Positions 1-12,118 are shown, counted from the stretch's first letter. The stretch is 64,000 nucleotides of DNA from Utricularia gibba (GCA_002189035.1 CM007989.1:7192001-7256000), one strand, 5' to 3'. The notes: generated by a model not told the origin, from the letters alone. Made by a program: numbers and translations.

Positions 1-463
1 TTTTTCAATAATATAATTTAGGAAAATTTTATTATATAATAAATAAATATTATTATTAAAAAATACGATACTTATCCTAAAATAGTATATTTTATAACTC
101 GAGATAACCCGTATTCCATATCCACATATTAACGTGTTTTCATGTACTGTACTTGTACTCTTCCTTGGTGAAGGGCTGGAGAAGATGCTTGAGGATGAAG
201 CTAAAGAAGAGCCAGCAATGCATTCATTATTTCCTGGTCTACTCCAAACAATGACTGACTTTGAACTTTGCGTGGGGGATCAGAGATATTCCTTCCTCGC
301 CCTCCTCCTCACCTCCCACACACAGACCAGACTGCATGCTTCTTTGACCAGGGAATAAAAACACCCCCACCCACCGCTGCTCTGCAACGGAACCTTGGAA
401 CAGCAGCGGGATGTCTGAGTGAAGAAGAAGATTGTAGTGCTTGTTCCTCTTCCCTCTCCCTCC

Positions 464-470
464 TATAAAA
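464..470 (+). promoter_or_regulatory. TATA box upstream of the 514-771 small ORF
   Basis: TATAAAA follows a CT-rich tract and lies 44 nt before the ATG at 514. Confidence 0.5.
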
Positions 471-513
471 GGCTCTGCGCCTGCTCTCGCCTTCTCAGAC
501 CTGACAGACAGAA

Positions 514-771
514 ATGGAGGCACCACCCAGCAGCAGCAGCAGCAGCGCGGGGAGCAAGGGAAGCGTCTTCCCCAAGGAGAGGGAGAAGGTGATCACAATG
601 GTGGTCAAGAACATCGCCAAGGGGGTCTCCGACGCCTACTCCGAGCACAAGAACAAGGGGAAGGTGACCCAGAACAGCCCTGATTCGGTTCGCCTTCTTC
701 GCAAAATAACTTCATCTGGAGTGGAGCAGGCGACTGCCCCATTTAGCAGTGATCATAATGGTCCATGTTAG
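514..771 (+). CDS. Small single-exon protein of unknown function (85 aa; Ser run and GSVFP..K.V.TM motif)
   Basis: ORF with GC3-rich codons against an AT-rich background, an upstream TATA box and a (CAG)n-encoded Ser run. GSVFPKEREKVITMVV resembles a motif I recall from small uncharacterised plant proteins. Confidence 0.5.
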   Translation: MEAPPSSSSSSAGSKGSVFPKEREKVITMVVKNIAKGVSDAYSEHKNKGKVTQNSPDSVRLLRKITSSGVEQATAPFSSDHNGPC

Positions 772-2155
772 GAATTAGGATCTTCTCATCCAAACCCTTT
801 TTGTTTCTAGGAAAACATTTAATAATCAAATTTATTACTAAATATGGACCATTTTTATTTTTAAGAAATTATAAAGTCTCATCTTTCAGAATTAATTCTT
901 GAACATTGCTCTTTTAAGAAGATATATTAAACAAAACCCTAGATTTTTCGAAAAAGATTAAATGGAATAAACCATACATATGAGATATTTCTATATTACA
1001 TTTTAGTTGCCTTATATCCCACAAAGTCTATCCAATCTGATAAAAAGAGGTGAATAACATGTTGCAGAATTTATATGATGGTAAAATGATCATTTAAAAT
1101 TATATATATATGGTATCCATTTTTCTCATATGCTTAAAAAACAGTGTCTACTTTTATAATACAGCATACATCACCAATTTGCTCGTCCACAACAAAATGT
1201 AAGAGTGGAACGAAAACACAAATACTTAGTTGAAGTGACAAAGGGGTTCTTGCCACATACAGTTTGGGGAGGCAATATTAGCAGCGACATAGATTATCAT
1301 ACTGATGAATACAGTTTCAGAAGGTGAAGGCATGAGGGTGTTTGGTTACTTTTCCGGCGGATATTGAATGTTTTACTATCTCTGTTCGGTCGGAGCCACT
1401 GACGGCCCTCGCTCAACGATCACTCCTCCCTCAGTACGCTGTCGCAATTTTCCAATTTTGTTTGTAAAATGCGCGCTGCTTGAGTGGATAGAGAGATTAG
1501 GGTTCATTTGATGAACAATTTCTACTTATTCCTGGTAGGGGATGTATTTAAATAGATAAACCTCTTCAATTTAGTATGGGAACTTTTTATTGAAAGAAAA
1601 AAATATAAAATTATGAGGATTGAATGTTCGAAATAGACAATATAATGTAATGTGAACGTAAGGCGTGACATTTTTTATATTAGATCTAAATTCATACTTA
1701 TGCCATGTGGAATAAGATGACATTGGGTGTTTAAAAAGGATAGACTATAAAGTTAAGTATGTTGTTATGATATATCACATTAGTTACGGATAGTGGAGAA
1801 GATGTAATTAAATAGAGAAGTTATTCTAACTTTACATGAAATTTTTTTCTAAAAAAAATGTAAAATTATAAGAATTGGATTGTTAGCTCATGACAACTTC
1901 TAGTTAGATTTCCCTACTTGGTTTCAAAAAACTGAAAAAAATGCCTTCTTTTTAAGGTTGCCATAGCAGCAGTAGGGAGTCCTGGGTGGGCTTGTTGTGT
2001 CGATCCAATTCTGTTGCTTTATCCAAAGATGTGAAAAGAACACAGACGTGGCTTGATATCAATGAAGGAACTTTGCATGGGTGCAACGTGTAACTACAGC
2101 CAGGGTCCTTTAAGAAGTTGCTCCCATGTTTCACTCTTACGCAGCTTAGCATCAA

Positions 2156-2789
2156 ATGGAGTTCGCCGGAGCACGATCAGCCCTCGTTCTGGTTATCATC
2201 TTCCAGTTGTTGGCTCACCCCGTCGTCTCCGATGGTAAATTCTGTGTCTTTGAATCCTTGTCTTAGTGCCGTCAAATGAATGATTGCTTCCCTGTTGTAA
2301 ACAGATGAAGAAGACCATCTGCTCCAAGGGCTCAACAGTTTCCGGCAATCGGCAAACGTCCCCGCCCTGTCGAAACACGCCAAGGCGAACTGCATTGCGG
2401 ATGAAATCGCCGACGATTTCGAGGACCAAAGATGCAATTCTTCATCAGTCGGGGCGAGGACGGAGCCGCTGGCGAACCATCCCAACGCCCTTCGGAAGTG
2501 CAATGTCGACGCCAGCACCACTGGGGGCGCCGTCGTGCTCCCCGTCTGCGTTCTGGATCGGGTCGCCACCCTCGTCCTCACCAACTACACGCAGTCCGCA
2601 AACTCACGCTATTTGAATGACTCGAGGTTCACCGGAGCCGGAATAGGAACGGACGACGACTGGACCGTCCTCGTCTTGACGACGAGCACACCGGGTGGCA
2701 GCCTCGCCGGCTCCGGCGGCTCCACCATCGCCACGTCCGCCGGATTCACGGCCCTCTTGATGTTGATCGTGCTATGGAGCTTGATGTAA
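2156..2789 (+). CDS. Uncharacterised GPI-anchored protein, At3g06035/At5g19250 family (2 exons: 2156-2234, 2305-2789)
   Basis: Spliced 187 aa product: signal peptide MEFAGARSALVLVIIFQLLAHPVVS, then DEEDHLLQGLNSFR...NCIADEIAD...LVLTNYTQS..YLNDSRFTGAGIGTDDDWTVLVLTTSTPGGS, then a hydrophobic GPI tail. The GT-AG intron phase is consistent. Confidence 0.88.
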
Positions 2790-3365
2790 AATAAATTGTG
2801 TGGAACTTCAACGAAATAATAGAGTTCAAATTGTTAGAATCTCTTATTAATTAATTTTGTTAATATAATAATGAGGATCAATTATTGCATTTGACGTTGA
2901 TTTTTAATTATATTTTGTTTAAGATTTGTGTTTTGTAATAGTTTGATGTAAAATAAATTAAAATTTATTGAAAGTATATAATATATTTTATATTAAATTA
3001 TATATTTAAACCAAACTTTTCTTTTTTCTTCATTCACTTCAAATAATTATAAATTTAATAATTTAAAACCGTAATACAAATCATTTTTCATTATAAAATA
3101 CAATATATTTAAATACCACTAACAAACATATTATACATGTAAAATTATGAACTACATTTTATCTTAAATCATATATTTAACATCTTAAATTACTTATAAA
3201 AAATCAGCTTAATATTTAAAAATATTAACTTCTTAAAAGAATCGATTGTATTTACAAATAAAACTACTAGTTTTTTTTTATCCTAAGTTTTAGAAACAAA
3301 ACTGTTAAAATTATATTGAATATAAATATAAGTAAATTAATATTCACACTTAAAATTGTTGTTCA

Positions 3366-3524
3366 TTCGCGAAATACAAATAAATCAAAATTCACTCATA
3401 AAAAACCGGTACAAACACATCCCGTTCTTGCGCTAGATACAAGTAAATCAAGATTCACACACAAAAAAACCCACTCAGAAAGTGTACATTGCGATAAATA
3501 CAAGTAAATGGAGATTCAGACACA
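3366..3524 (+). repeat. Degenerate tandem repeat, 3 copies, period about 61-62 bp
   Basis: The unit core tt(c/g)gcg..a.atacaa(a/g)taaat..a.attca recurs at about 3366, 3428 and 3489. Confidence 0.7.
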
Positions 3525-4711
3525 GTAAATTCACTCATTACCGTGTTCTCCTTGGGCCTGATCTCCATCCCCTGGATAACCAGGCCTCTTTTCCAGTTCC
3601 CTCCTTCCACCTCCTGAAACACCATCTCCAAGTCTCCATATTCATCATTTCCAACAAAGTGTTCTCCCAACTCAACCTCCATCCACCCGTCATCTCTCCT
3701 ACGTGGTCTCTGAATCCTGGTGTTGTTCGGCCGCCGCCCCATTGGTGTCAAATAGAAGAGACGTTTGGGGGACTCCTGGCCGTTGACAAGCAGGTGGCCT
3801 TTGGTGGGGTTCCGACGGCCAAATCCGTCAGCGGAGGGGGATGTGGTAAAGACCAGGTAAACAGCGTAGTTTGTGGAAGGTGAGAGCATGGTGAGACTGA
3901 TCCTCCCCTTTATTTCCAGCCAGCAAACATTCCGGAGCTCTGCTACCTCCGGGAACCTGAATCAAAATGATTGCCATAAGTACGGAAACCATGAACACTT
4001 GTTAGTTTGCCAAGAGGGTGGAATGACGAATACCTAGAGGCTGATGTTGAGTTCCATTGCCAGTATTGTGGAGTATCCCCCAGCAGATGTAGAGTTGATA
4101 TCATAAAGCACTTCTTTCCACTTGCCTTCTCCAGGGAAAAGCTCTGTCCGCAAAAGGAAAACAGGACACGCCATGACAGAAAGGTGAGACTTTGCTCAAT
4201 ATCTACATCATGATCAACACATCAGTGCCACTTCAAAGCTAGAAGTCAAAATTCCAAAACCAAAGGAACTTTTACACGGAATGCTTTGCATAGTCCATAA
4301 AGTTCCTTTAGAAAGAATCTAGATGGTTCAAATCATTCGGGCCAACGTGGATCTTGATATTGAAATGATAACGAAAAATTCAATTAGGGAAAAAATTCAA
4401 TTAGGGCTCCATACATTGCGTCCAGCGTCGAGGAGGACAGGGTGATCACATATATGAAGATAAAGATCCTTTTTCTTCCTCGACTCGAAACGTTCCATAA
4501 GCGACGCGTCGTCGGCGCGGGAAAGGATTCGACGATAATCCGGTGGGAGGAAGCGCTCCCAAACGCCGTCCGACTTGGCGGCGTCGCGGAACGTGGAGTC
4601 AACCGCCGATAAGCGGCACGCATCTTTGGGAGTCGTGAGCGGCAAGACTTCGGCCCACACGTCCTTCGGGAGCAGTTCGCCGGACGCCGTTGAGCTCGTA
4701 TTGGAACCCAT
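3455..4711 (-). CDS. PP2-B: F-box / phloem protein 2 (PP2-B type), tandem copy 1 (exons 4711-4415, 4143-4034, 3956-3455); integrity uncertain
   Basis: F-box LLPKDVWAEVLPLTTPKDACRLSAV; PP2 motifs GKKCFM, GDTPQYW, EVAELRNVCWLEI, RDDGWMEVELGEHF, GNWKRGLVIQGMEIRPK. In frame as assembled, but with an 8-bp exon-2 deletion relative to copy 2 and a displaced stop codon. Confidence 0.88.
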
Positions 4712-5055
4712 CTCTGAAGAGAACCATCTCCCCCGACGGGGCTAAAGAGATGGGACTCCCTTCGGTTTCTTGACCACTTCAAACCTTTCTAGCCAATCAA
4801 AAGAAAAGTCGCCCTTCCCATTCACCAGGAAGCTTCCTCATTTTTTTACATCCAAAATTTAAAAATTAATTATCTCCATGTCCAAATCATATTAAAAGTG
4901 ATTAAAGAAATTGAATTAAATATAATACAAACACTACCTGGCCCAAATAAAATGGGCTGGATCATGGCTTCCCAGCCCACAGGCAGGCAAATAGACACCT
5001 ACGAACAGTAGTAGTAGTTCATACCAATCAAAATTTACCACGAGGCTTCTCTGGT

Positions 5056-6618
5056 TCACGTCTTCTTCTCCTTGGGTCTGATCTCAATGCCCTCCACCAC
5101 AAGGCCTCTTTTCCAGTTCCCTCCTTCCACCTCCTGCAACACCATCTCCAAGTCTCCATATTCATCATTTCCAACAAAGTGTTCTCCCAACTCAACTTCC
5201 ATCCATCCGTCGTCCCTCTTCCTTGGTTTCCCAACGTTGTTCTCAGTGTCATCCTCTGTGTTGGGCTCAACGTGGCGCAGGTGGCGGAGGATGGGATGCC
5301 GGTACCTGTGAATCCTGCCGATGCTTGCCCTCCTCTCCTCAGGGTTCAGACACAAGAGGCGTTTCTCGCTGTCCTGGTTGTTGGCGAAGAGGTAGCCTTC
5401 GGCGGGGCGGAGGCCGAAGCCGTGGGCGTCGGAAGCGGTTTGGAAGATGAGGTATGCACCGTAGTTTGTGGAAGGTGACAGCATGCTGAGACTGATCTTT
5501 CCCTTTATTTCGAGCCAGCAGACGTCTAGAAGCTCTGCTACCTCAGAAAACCTGAATTAGAGGATGGGGATAAGCAATGGAATGGCATGGACTTTGTACT
5601 TGAGCAAGAGGGATGGAATCATTGCGTACCGAGACTCTGCACTTGAGTTCCATCGCCAGTATTGTGGAGTATCCCCCAGCAGATGTAGAGTTCTCTTGCT
5701 GATAACATGAAGCATTTTTTTCCACTTGTTTTCTCTAGGGAAAACGTCTGTTCACAAAAGAGGGCAGTCAAACTGAGATATTGTCAATAACGTGAGGATG
5801 AATAAGCCAAGTCCCCTCCCTCATCTAATAAAATGATTCTTCGCAGATGGAATGGTCAAGAAGCAGAATCATTTCCAACACAACTCTTTGCTTTTGGCTA
5901 ACAAATCATATCACACATAAGACAACAACACTTCCCCAACGCAATGAAATGAACACTATGAAATCAGAATACCAAACATGTCAATGAATTTAATGGGGGT
6001 TTGTATCACTTTACAGATTAACTTTTTTTGCTTCTCGAAAGGAAAAATCAAAACCACTTTCCGGTTTTATTAGTGAGTTTTTTTTCCTAACCAGAACTAG
6101 GTTTAATCATATCATCATCAAAATCCATTTTGTGTTTAAAAAAAGTTGAAGAGTAAAGTGTAGGCGCAGCTTCAAACGAACGAAACTGAAAGCTAAGGGG
6201 AATCTAGAATCCATAAAGTACATTTAGGAAAAATCTAGATATTTCCGTCCATACACAAAATCCTAGGGGCAACTTAAATCGAGATAATTCAAATTAAGCA
6301 ACACAATGAACAAGTTGCTGGAAAAAAAAATCGTACCATTCGTCCAGAATCGAGAAGAACAGAGTGGTCACAGAGATGAAGATAAAGATCCTTCCTCGAC
6401 TGGAACCGTTCAACAAACGATCCGTCATCGGCCGCGCGTGATAGGATCTCGCGATAATCCCCTGGGAGGAACCGCTCCCAAACGCTGTCCGCTTGAGAGG
6501 CGTCGCGGAACGTGGAGGCCACCACGGATAATCGACAGGCGTCTTTGGGGCTCGTGAGCGACAGCGCGTTGGCCCAAACGCCCTCCGGCAACACGTCTCC
6601 ATATTTCTCTACCGCCAT
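5056..6618 (-). CDS. PP2-B: F-box / phloem protein 2 (PP2-B type), tandem copy 2 (exons 6618-6337, 5747-5630, 5551-5056); one -1 frameshift as assembled
   Basis: Same domains and intron positions as copy 1. Exon 2 is 118 nt where 119 is needed: the G5 run at 5673-5677 must be G6 to read W-G-D-T-P-Q-Y-W. Confidence 0.88.
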
Positions 6619-7432
6619 TTCTTCTCCTGATGCTTCTCGAAACAAACACCGTACCCCTCCCCCTCCCGGCATTTATAAGTTGTTCATCCTTCCATTATTT
6701 TTAAATAATTAAAATAAACAAGTATTATATTTTCTTTTTTAAAAAGTATTATTTGCATACTTTTATTAAAATAAATAAATAAATAAATATATATCTAAAT
6801 TTTAATTTTCCAAAAAAAAAAAACCTTTCCCCCTAAGAAATGAAACTCCCAATATTTTTAATGTGAAAAAGTCAACTTTTTAGCAAGCTGCTAGTCTCCC
6901 TACGAATCCAAGTGGCGAATCAAAATAAAGTGATTATTAATATTATTATTATTCAAACTTAGCCATGAAGGGTTGCCGAAATTCGCTTCTTTTTTGCGTA
7001 TTTTATTTTATTTGCATCACGGCCCCCGGGGAGCAAATAATAAATACGAAAAGTTCATACTTTGGTCCCAGGTTGCAATTCGTAATATCTAAGAAACCCA
7101 ACCTGCAAATATTTTTGCCTTTATGTAAAAGCAAAAGTGGAGGAGGTGAAAGTATCTCAGAGAGATGGAGATGCATGAGTTTTCATGTCTAATTCTCCCA
7201 GGAAGGATGTCGCCGCAGTAAGACAAGGCGAGGAGACAGACAAGAGGATGATGATGGAATATGAGATAGATGTATTTTCAAGATGGGGCAGTTTGCTGTG
7301 CTCAGAAAGGACAGGGATGGTAATAGCGCCATAATCCAATGGACATCATATGATAGAACATGTTATTGGGATAAAAGTAGGAGACATGGAAAGCATAAAG
7401 ACGCACCCATTATTGAGTTCTTCAAGGCTAAG

Positions 7433-9241
7433 CTATGAGGAGCCGGTAAAGGAGATTTCCAGGCCTCTTCCACCGATTCCAGCGATGAAACATTTGAATC
7501 CAGTGGACTCCAGCTCTGCGATGACTTTATCCACCACTGTCCCTGATAGTACTTTCAGCATGTAGTCAAGGAATTGCATATCTCAGTTACTATAGCAGAG
7601 CAAGCATGGTTAAAAGAGGAGAACATCAAGTTTAGAAATGAAAATGTGGAGGATACATGTTGGCAGTAGTGTTAAGACGCAGCCGCCACCGCCTGCTCCT
7701 GTTAGTTTAGTTGGGAGCTTGTATTTGGAAGTAGTCCGTATCACGGTTTCGATTGAGGCATGGCTGACTCCCATACAGTTGAGTAATCCATGATTCATTT
7801 CCATGAGCTCTCCAAACTTGTCCTCTTTCTCTGTTATGGCAAGATCATCATGAATGGGAGACTGTATAATGTCAGCAAGCTCGTTGCTGATGGAATCAAC
7901 CGCGTTGAACACAGAAGCCATGGTAGCTGGATGTCTCAGAGCCCGTTTAGAGACACTGGCTACCAAAGCTTTTGTATTTCGTCCAACGTTTGTGTTGGTG
8001 ATCAGCATTTTGATGGGCATGTTGCTTTTGACATGTGTGAGCTCACCGGATCTGAATTTTATCATGTTCCCTGCCAACATAATCACAAAATCAACTGTTC
8101 TATATGCTGTGCGAACTCTTTTCCCTACCCAGAATCAAAGGATCATAGACAGTGTAGAAGTTTACTTACCGTAGGTGCTCACTGTGTTGTCAATGCCGGA
8201 TGGCTTCCCATGGATTATCTTTTCACCTTCAAAGGCCCATTTGTTCACCAGATCCAGCTCACTGTTTCCTAACGTTTGCCAACCTTGATGACTGAAATCT
8301 AGTTGAACTGAATCCGATAGGGCAAGGAGGGCAGCAGAGAGTGCAACACAGAAGGCAGCAGATGAACCCAAGCCAGCACCTAATGGAAGCTCAGACGACA
8401 CTGATGCAGTAGCTGGCTTATGACTGGTAAACAAGAAAACAATTTAGGCAGTTGCATCGAATATTTCCAAATGAGAAAGCACAAAACAGTTAAAATAACA
8501 TACCCATGAATAGAAGTGTAAAGCCAAAGAAAAGCTGAGAGACCTGAAACAAGTCCACTCTTATTTTCAGGGATAGTTTTTTCCTCAACTAGAGAAGCAA
8601 TTGCTTTCATTGCCTCTATTGAATATAATGGAATTTCAGTAGCACTGAATCCAAGTTCCGGCATGACTTCCTTGAGTTTTCCAACCGGCCAAGAGAACTC
8701 CAAGGCCATATCCTTGAGTTGGAGTTTGAGCTCATCATCATTGTCTATTACATGGATTTTCAAAGAACACAAAAGATTAAGAGTATCCATTTCTGTAGCA
8801 TATTACATGGCATCAAGTTGTAAATATCTCTACCAGACAAGATCCAATTTCAGTACAACCAATCATAGCATTAAATGTGGTGAGGGCAATTTCATTAAAC
8901 AACCGGTACTGAAAATCCGATATAGCATCAGACAATCAGTCTCAGATAAATCAACAAGAAACAGCTAAACTGTTCGCCATCAAGCCGTTCATACAAAAAA
9001 CAACACTCATTTAGCCATCAGGAACAAAAACCCAACAACTAGAACAAAATTATGCATTTGATCAACCAATCGCAATCACATCATTCCAACGATTATCTAG
9101 AACAGCACCTTCAGGTGTCGGAAACCGAAGGGAAACGTAAGTGTAAAGATCCACAGCGGCTGCAACTGCTGCTGATCCGTGAACAACCGCGTGCTCGCCG
9201 GCTAATATGATCTTCCCAGGCGCTCGAGCTCTGACCTCCAT
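7433..9241 (-). CDS. MVK: Mevalonate kinase (5 exons: 9241-9109, 8744-8504, 8423-8170, 8070-7657, 7551-7433; 386 aa)
   Basis: GHMP kinase motifs [38 protein letters not shown] and [10 protein letters not shown]. Exon lengths sum to 1161 nt in frame. Confidence 0.97.
7552..7656 (-). other. U12-type (minor spliceosome) GT-AG intron in MVK (intron 4)
   Basis: 5' site GTATCCTC; branch site TTCCTTGAC about 14 nt before an AAG acceptor; no polypyrimidine tract. Confidence 0.85.
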
Positions 9242-9921
9242 CCTTCTCTAGGAGCCAAACGAGAATGCCAGTGATGCACAAGACTGATACGAACAGAGTC
9301 AATGAAATCCGCAGCAAAACCCCGTCAACGTTGTGGAATAGTATACCATATAATTGCCCGTGGCAACCTAACCAGCGTTTCTCCGGTTGAGTGGACAGCG
9401 GCAGTGGAACGTTAACGTTTCGTTGCCCGACTTGTACCCGAATCACCTGATCCACCTTTTATCAGCCCTGGGCCGGGCTTGCTGAACAGCTATGTCCAAG
9501 ATAGATGCCCATCTGATGAACACGTTATTTTGAGATTTTAGTACTTGCAAAATTCAACCATGATCTTGTCGCTTCTTGTTAAATTCCTCCAGTGTCTCTT
9601 TTCTCTCTAAAGTCTTTGCAAGTGCTCATCTTTTTATATCATGGTTGAATCTAGCAACAAGAAGAGACAAAACAGAGAAGAAGGAACTCAAATGATCAAT
9701 AGGTGAAATCCCTCAACAACAGCTTTCTAATCCCCACAAAAAGGCAAATCAAAGAACTCCAAGAAGTCATTGAACTCAAAGTCACCCCACAACATCTAAA
9801 GAACCAGATTTGACAAGAGGGGCACTGTTATTTCACTGTGAAATAGCAACAGAAACATCAACTCGCAGAGAAAGAACAAATAAACAATGTGAGCAGCGTC
9901 AATAGGTAATACTCAAGCAGC

Positions 9922-10475
9922 TCATCTTCTTCTCCTCCCATTCTTCTTCATCCCCTCAACACTCCATACAAGCTCCTTACTTAAAAGCAAACTCACCAAG
10001 CCTGCACAACAACAGAACCCTAATACCCAGTCCATGGATCTGCTTGTCCAGCTTCCCACACAAATTCCAAACAAAAAAAACACCAAATTTCCCAACAATC
10101 CATCATCAACATTCGAACCCAATGATTTTTTCATAACAAATATTAAAAAAACCGTAGAGATTATCAAAAAACCAATCACCCATGATTTCATTCTCATCCC
10201 TCTTCTACTCCCATCGGAATCACCCCTCCCAAACCCACCCCAAACCCCTTTACCGCCTCCATTTCCCCTCCAAGTATTCGAAATATTAGGTCCAATGGCT
10301 CTGGGAGAAGCTTCAATTTCGAAGCGAGGATGTAAGCGGATTCGATTATGATTTTCCCTGAACGCGCAGTGCCGATATTGCTCCGTTTCGCTCCACATAG
10401 AACACGTCTTCTCACGCATAATCCCCAAGGAGTAAGCCCTGGACTTCCAACGTGGATTAGCGAAGCCCTCATCAT
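9922..10475 (-). CDS. Uncharacterised probably plastid-targeted membrane protein (single exon; one -1 frameshift at 10265-10268 as assembled)
   Basis: ORF 10194-10475 (transit-peptide-like start, ..SAYILASKLKLLPEPLDLIFRILGG) joins ORF 9922-10503 (GNGGGKGVWGGFGRG, then hydrophobic helices, WVLGFCC) if the G4 run is G5. The join matches a conserved plant motif I recall as LPEPLD..REFGGGNGGG. Confidence 0.7.
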
Positions 10476-10720
10476 GCATTCCGAACAAAGAGCTCAAATT
10501 CAAGATTTGAAGTTGGGGAAAATTTCATCATTGCTGCGAGCCTGCAACTGTGCCGACCGTTACGATACATTAATGTTATTGGGCCTCAAAAGCATGATAG
10601 GCTTTTTCTGGTTAACTGGGCCGTGAAGAGGCCATTTCATTTACGGAGGGGGAGGAAACCATCTTATCGTCTTCCTCGCCAGACGTCGGAGTTGAGGAAA
10701 TCTGTAGTTCTACAGTAAAA

Positions 10721-11962
10721 ATGGCGTCCTTAGCGACTCTTCAGGGAAATTTGGCTTCTCTGAGTATTTCCTCAAGTTCTTTCCACGGCCAGACTTTCCT
10801 TCCTTCTTATCGACTTCCTTCGGTTTGTCCACTTCTCGTTTGTTTTGCTGAATCTGTCGATGTTTCGCAGCGTTATCTTGAATTGTTGTTCATTGGAGGG
10901 GTTTGGAACCGTTTTTGTATGTTGAGTGTGGCGGTTTCTGTTGCGTCGCCTTAAGATTAGGTTTTGTGTAGCAGACTGTGCTTACAGAATCTCGAGTTTA
11001 AAAACACCCTCATTGCGTCTTGAATATAGCAGTTTCTTCGCGAGTTGGCTCGATAAATGGAGCCTGTAAGATTGAAGGCGGATACGTGGAGATGATGACC
11101 TCTCCTCGAGCAATTCTTTGTTGAACTAGAACTTTTAATCTTTCTATGGAACTATGATTAGACCAGGAAGCTGTGGCATTAAGGATAGGTGCAATGCCCT
11201 TTTAATTTGGCAAATCTAGCTACTCGGGCTTCCAATCAAGGAAGCTTGGCTTTGTTTTCTGTGTCATGTTTGTAAATGACCGATTTCAAGTGCTGAAAAC
11301 CTTGCTGAAATCAGCGTTTTTTTTATCAAGTTAGGTGTAATCTTTTTCTCTAAAAGCCATGGTGGTGTATGTGTATTGATATATCCTTCAACTGTAAGCA
11401 GGTTAAACCGAGAGAACCACCGAGTCACATTGTCTGCAAGGTAAAGAACTCTTGGAGCATTCACATTCACATTGTTTTCCTCTCAAAACTTATGAAATGC
11501 CATGCCCTGCAGGTTAAGCGATGGGAGAGGAAAGAGTGCAAGCCCAACAGCTTACCGGTGCTGCATAAAATGCATGTAAACGTTGGAGACACTGTGAAAG
11601 TCATTGCTGGAAAAGATAAGGGTAGAGTGGGGGAAGTCTCCAGGGTTATAAGGCACAGCAGTACGATCGTCGTCGACGACATCAATCTAAAGACTAAGCA
11701 CGTAAAGAGCAAGGGAGAAGATGAACCAGGGCAGATCATCAAGATAGAAGCACCCATCCACAGTTCAAATGTGATGCTTTACTCCAAAGAGAAGGATGTT
11801 GTGAGCAGGGTCGGCCACAAAACTCTCGAAAACGGTAAGCGTGTTCGATACCTGCTGAAGACGGGAGAAATCATTGATGGCCCGGAGCAGTTTCAGAAGA
11901 GGAAGCTGAAAGAAAAGAAGAAGGAAGTGGAAGTGGTAGCTACTCCTGCTACCACTTCCTAG
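10721..11962 (+). CDS. RPL24: Plastid 50S ribosomal protein L24 (exons 10721-10822, 11402-11440, 11513-11962)
   Basis: Ser-rich transit peptide, then KRWERKECKPNSLPVLHKMHVNVGDTVKVIAGKDKG (KOW motif) and IEAPIHSSNVMLYSKE. Confidence 0.96.
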
Positions 11963-12118
11963 AAGAGTTGAGTATCCTTCGTGCTATCTGTTGTAAGTGT
12001 TGAAATGGTCGACCATGTTTTAATTAATTTATTTATAATTTTAAATAAATAAAATTATGATTTTAATATATAAATGAATAATAAATAGCAAGTTTTTGGA
12101 AAACGTAAGTCCCTCGGA

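Noticed and set aside
134-440. ORFs 134-358 (+) and 239-526 (-), including an IAGSSL string reminiscent of EPF peptides
   Set aside because: No family motif in any frame and no Cys pattern after IAGSSL; probably promoter or UTR sequence.
1200-1510. Moderately GC-rich block with a telo-box-like TTAGGGTT
   Set aside because: All six frames are interrupted, and I could not recognise any snRNA, snoRNA, tRNA or miRNA motif.
9242-9922. Possible bicistronic transcript joining the plastid TM gene and MVK
   Set aside because: MVK has its own site-II (GCCCGGCCCA) and TATA-like sequence near 9455-9480, so read-through is not needed to explain it.
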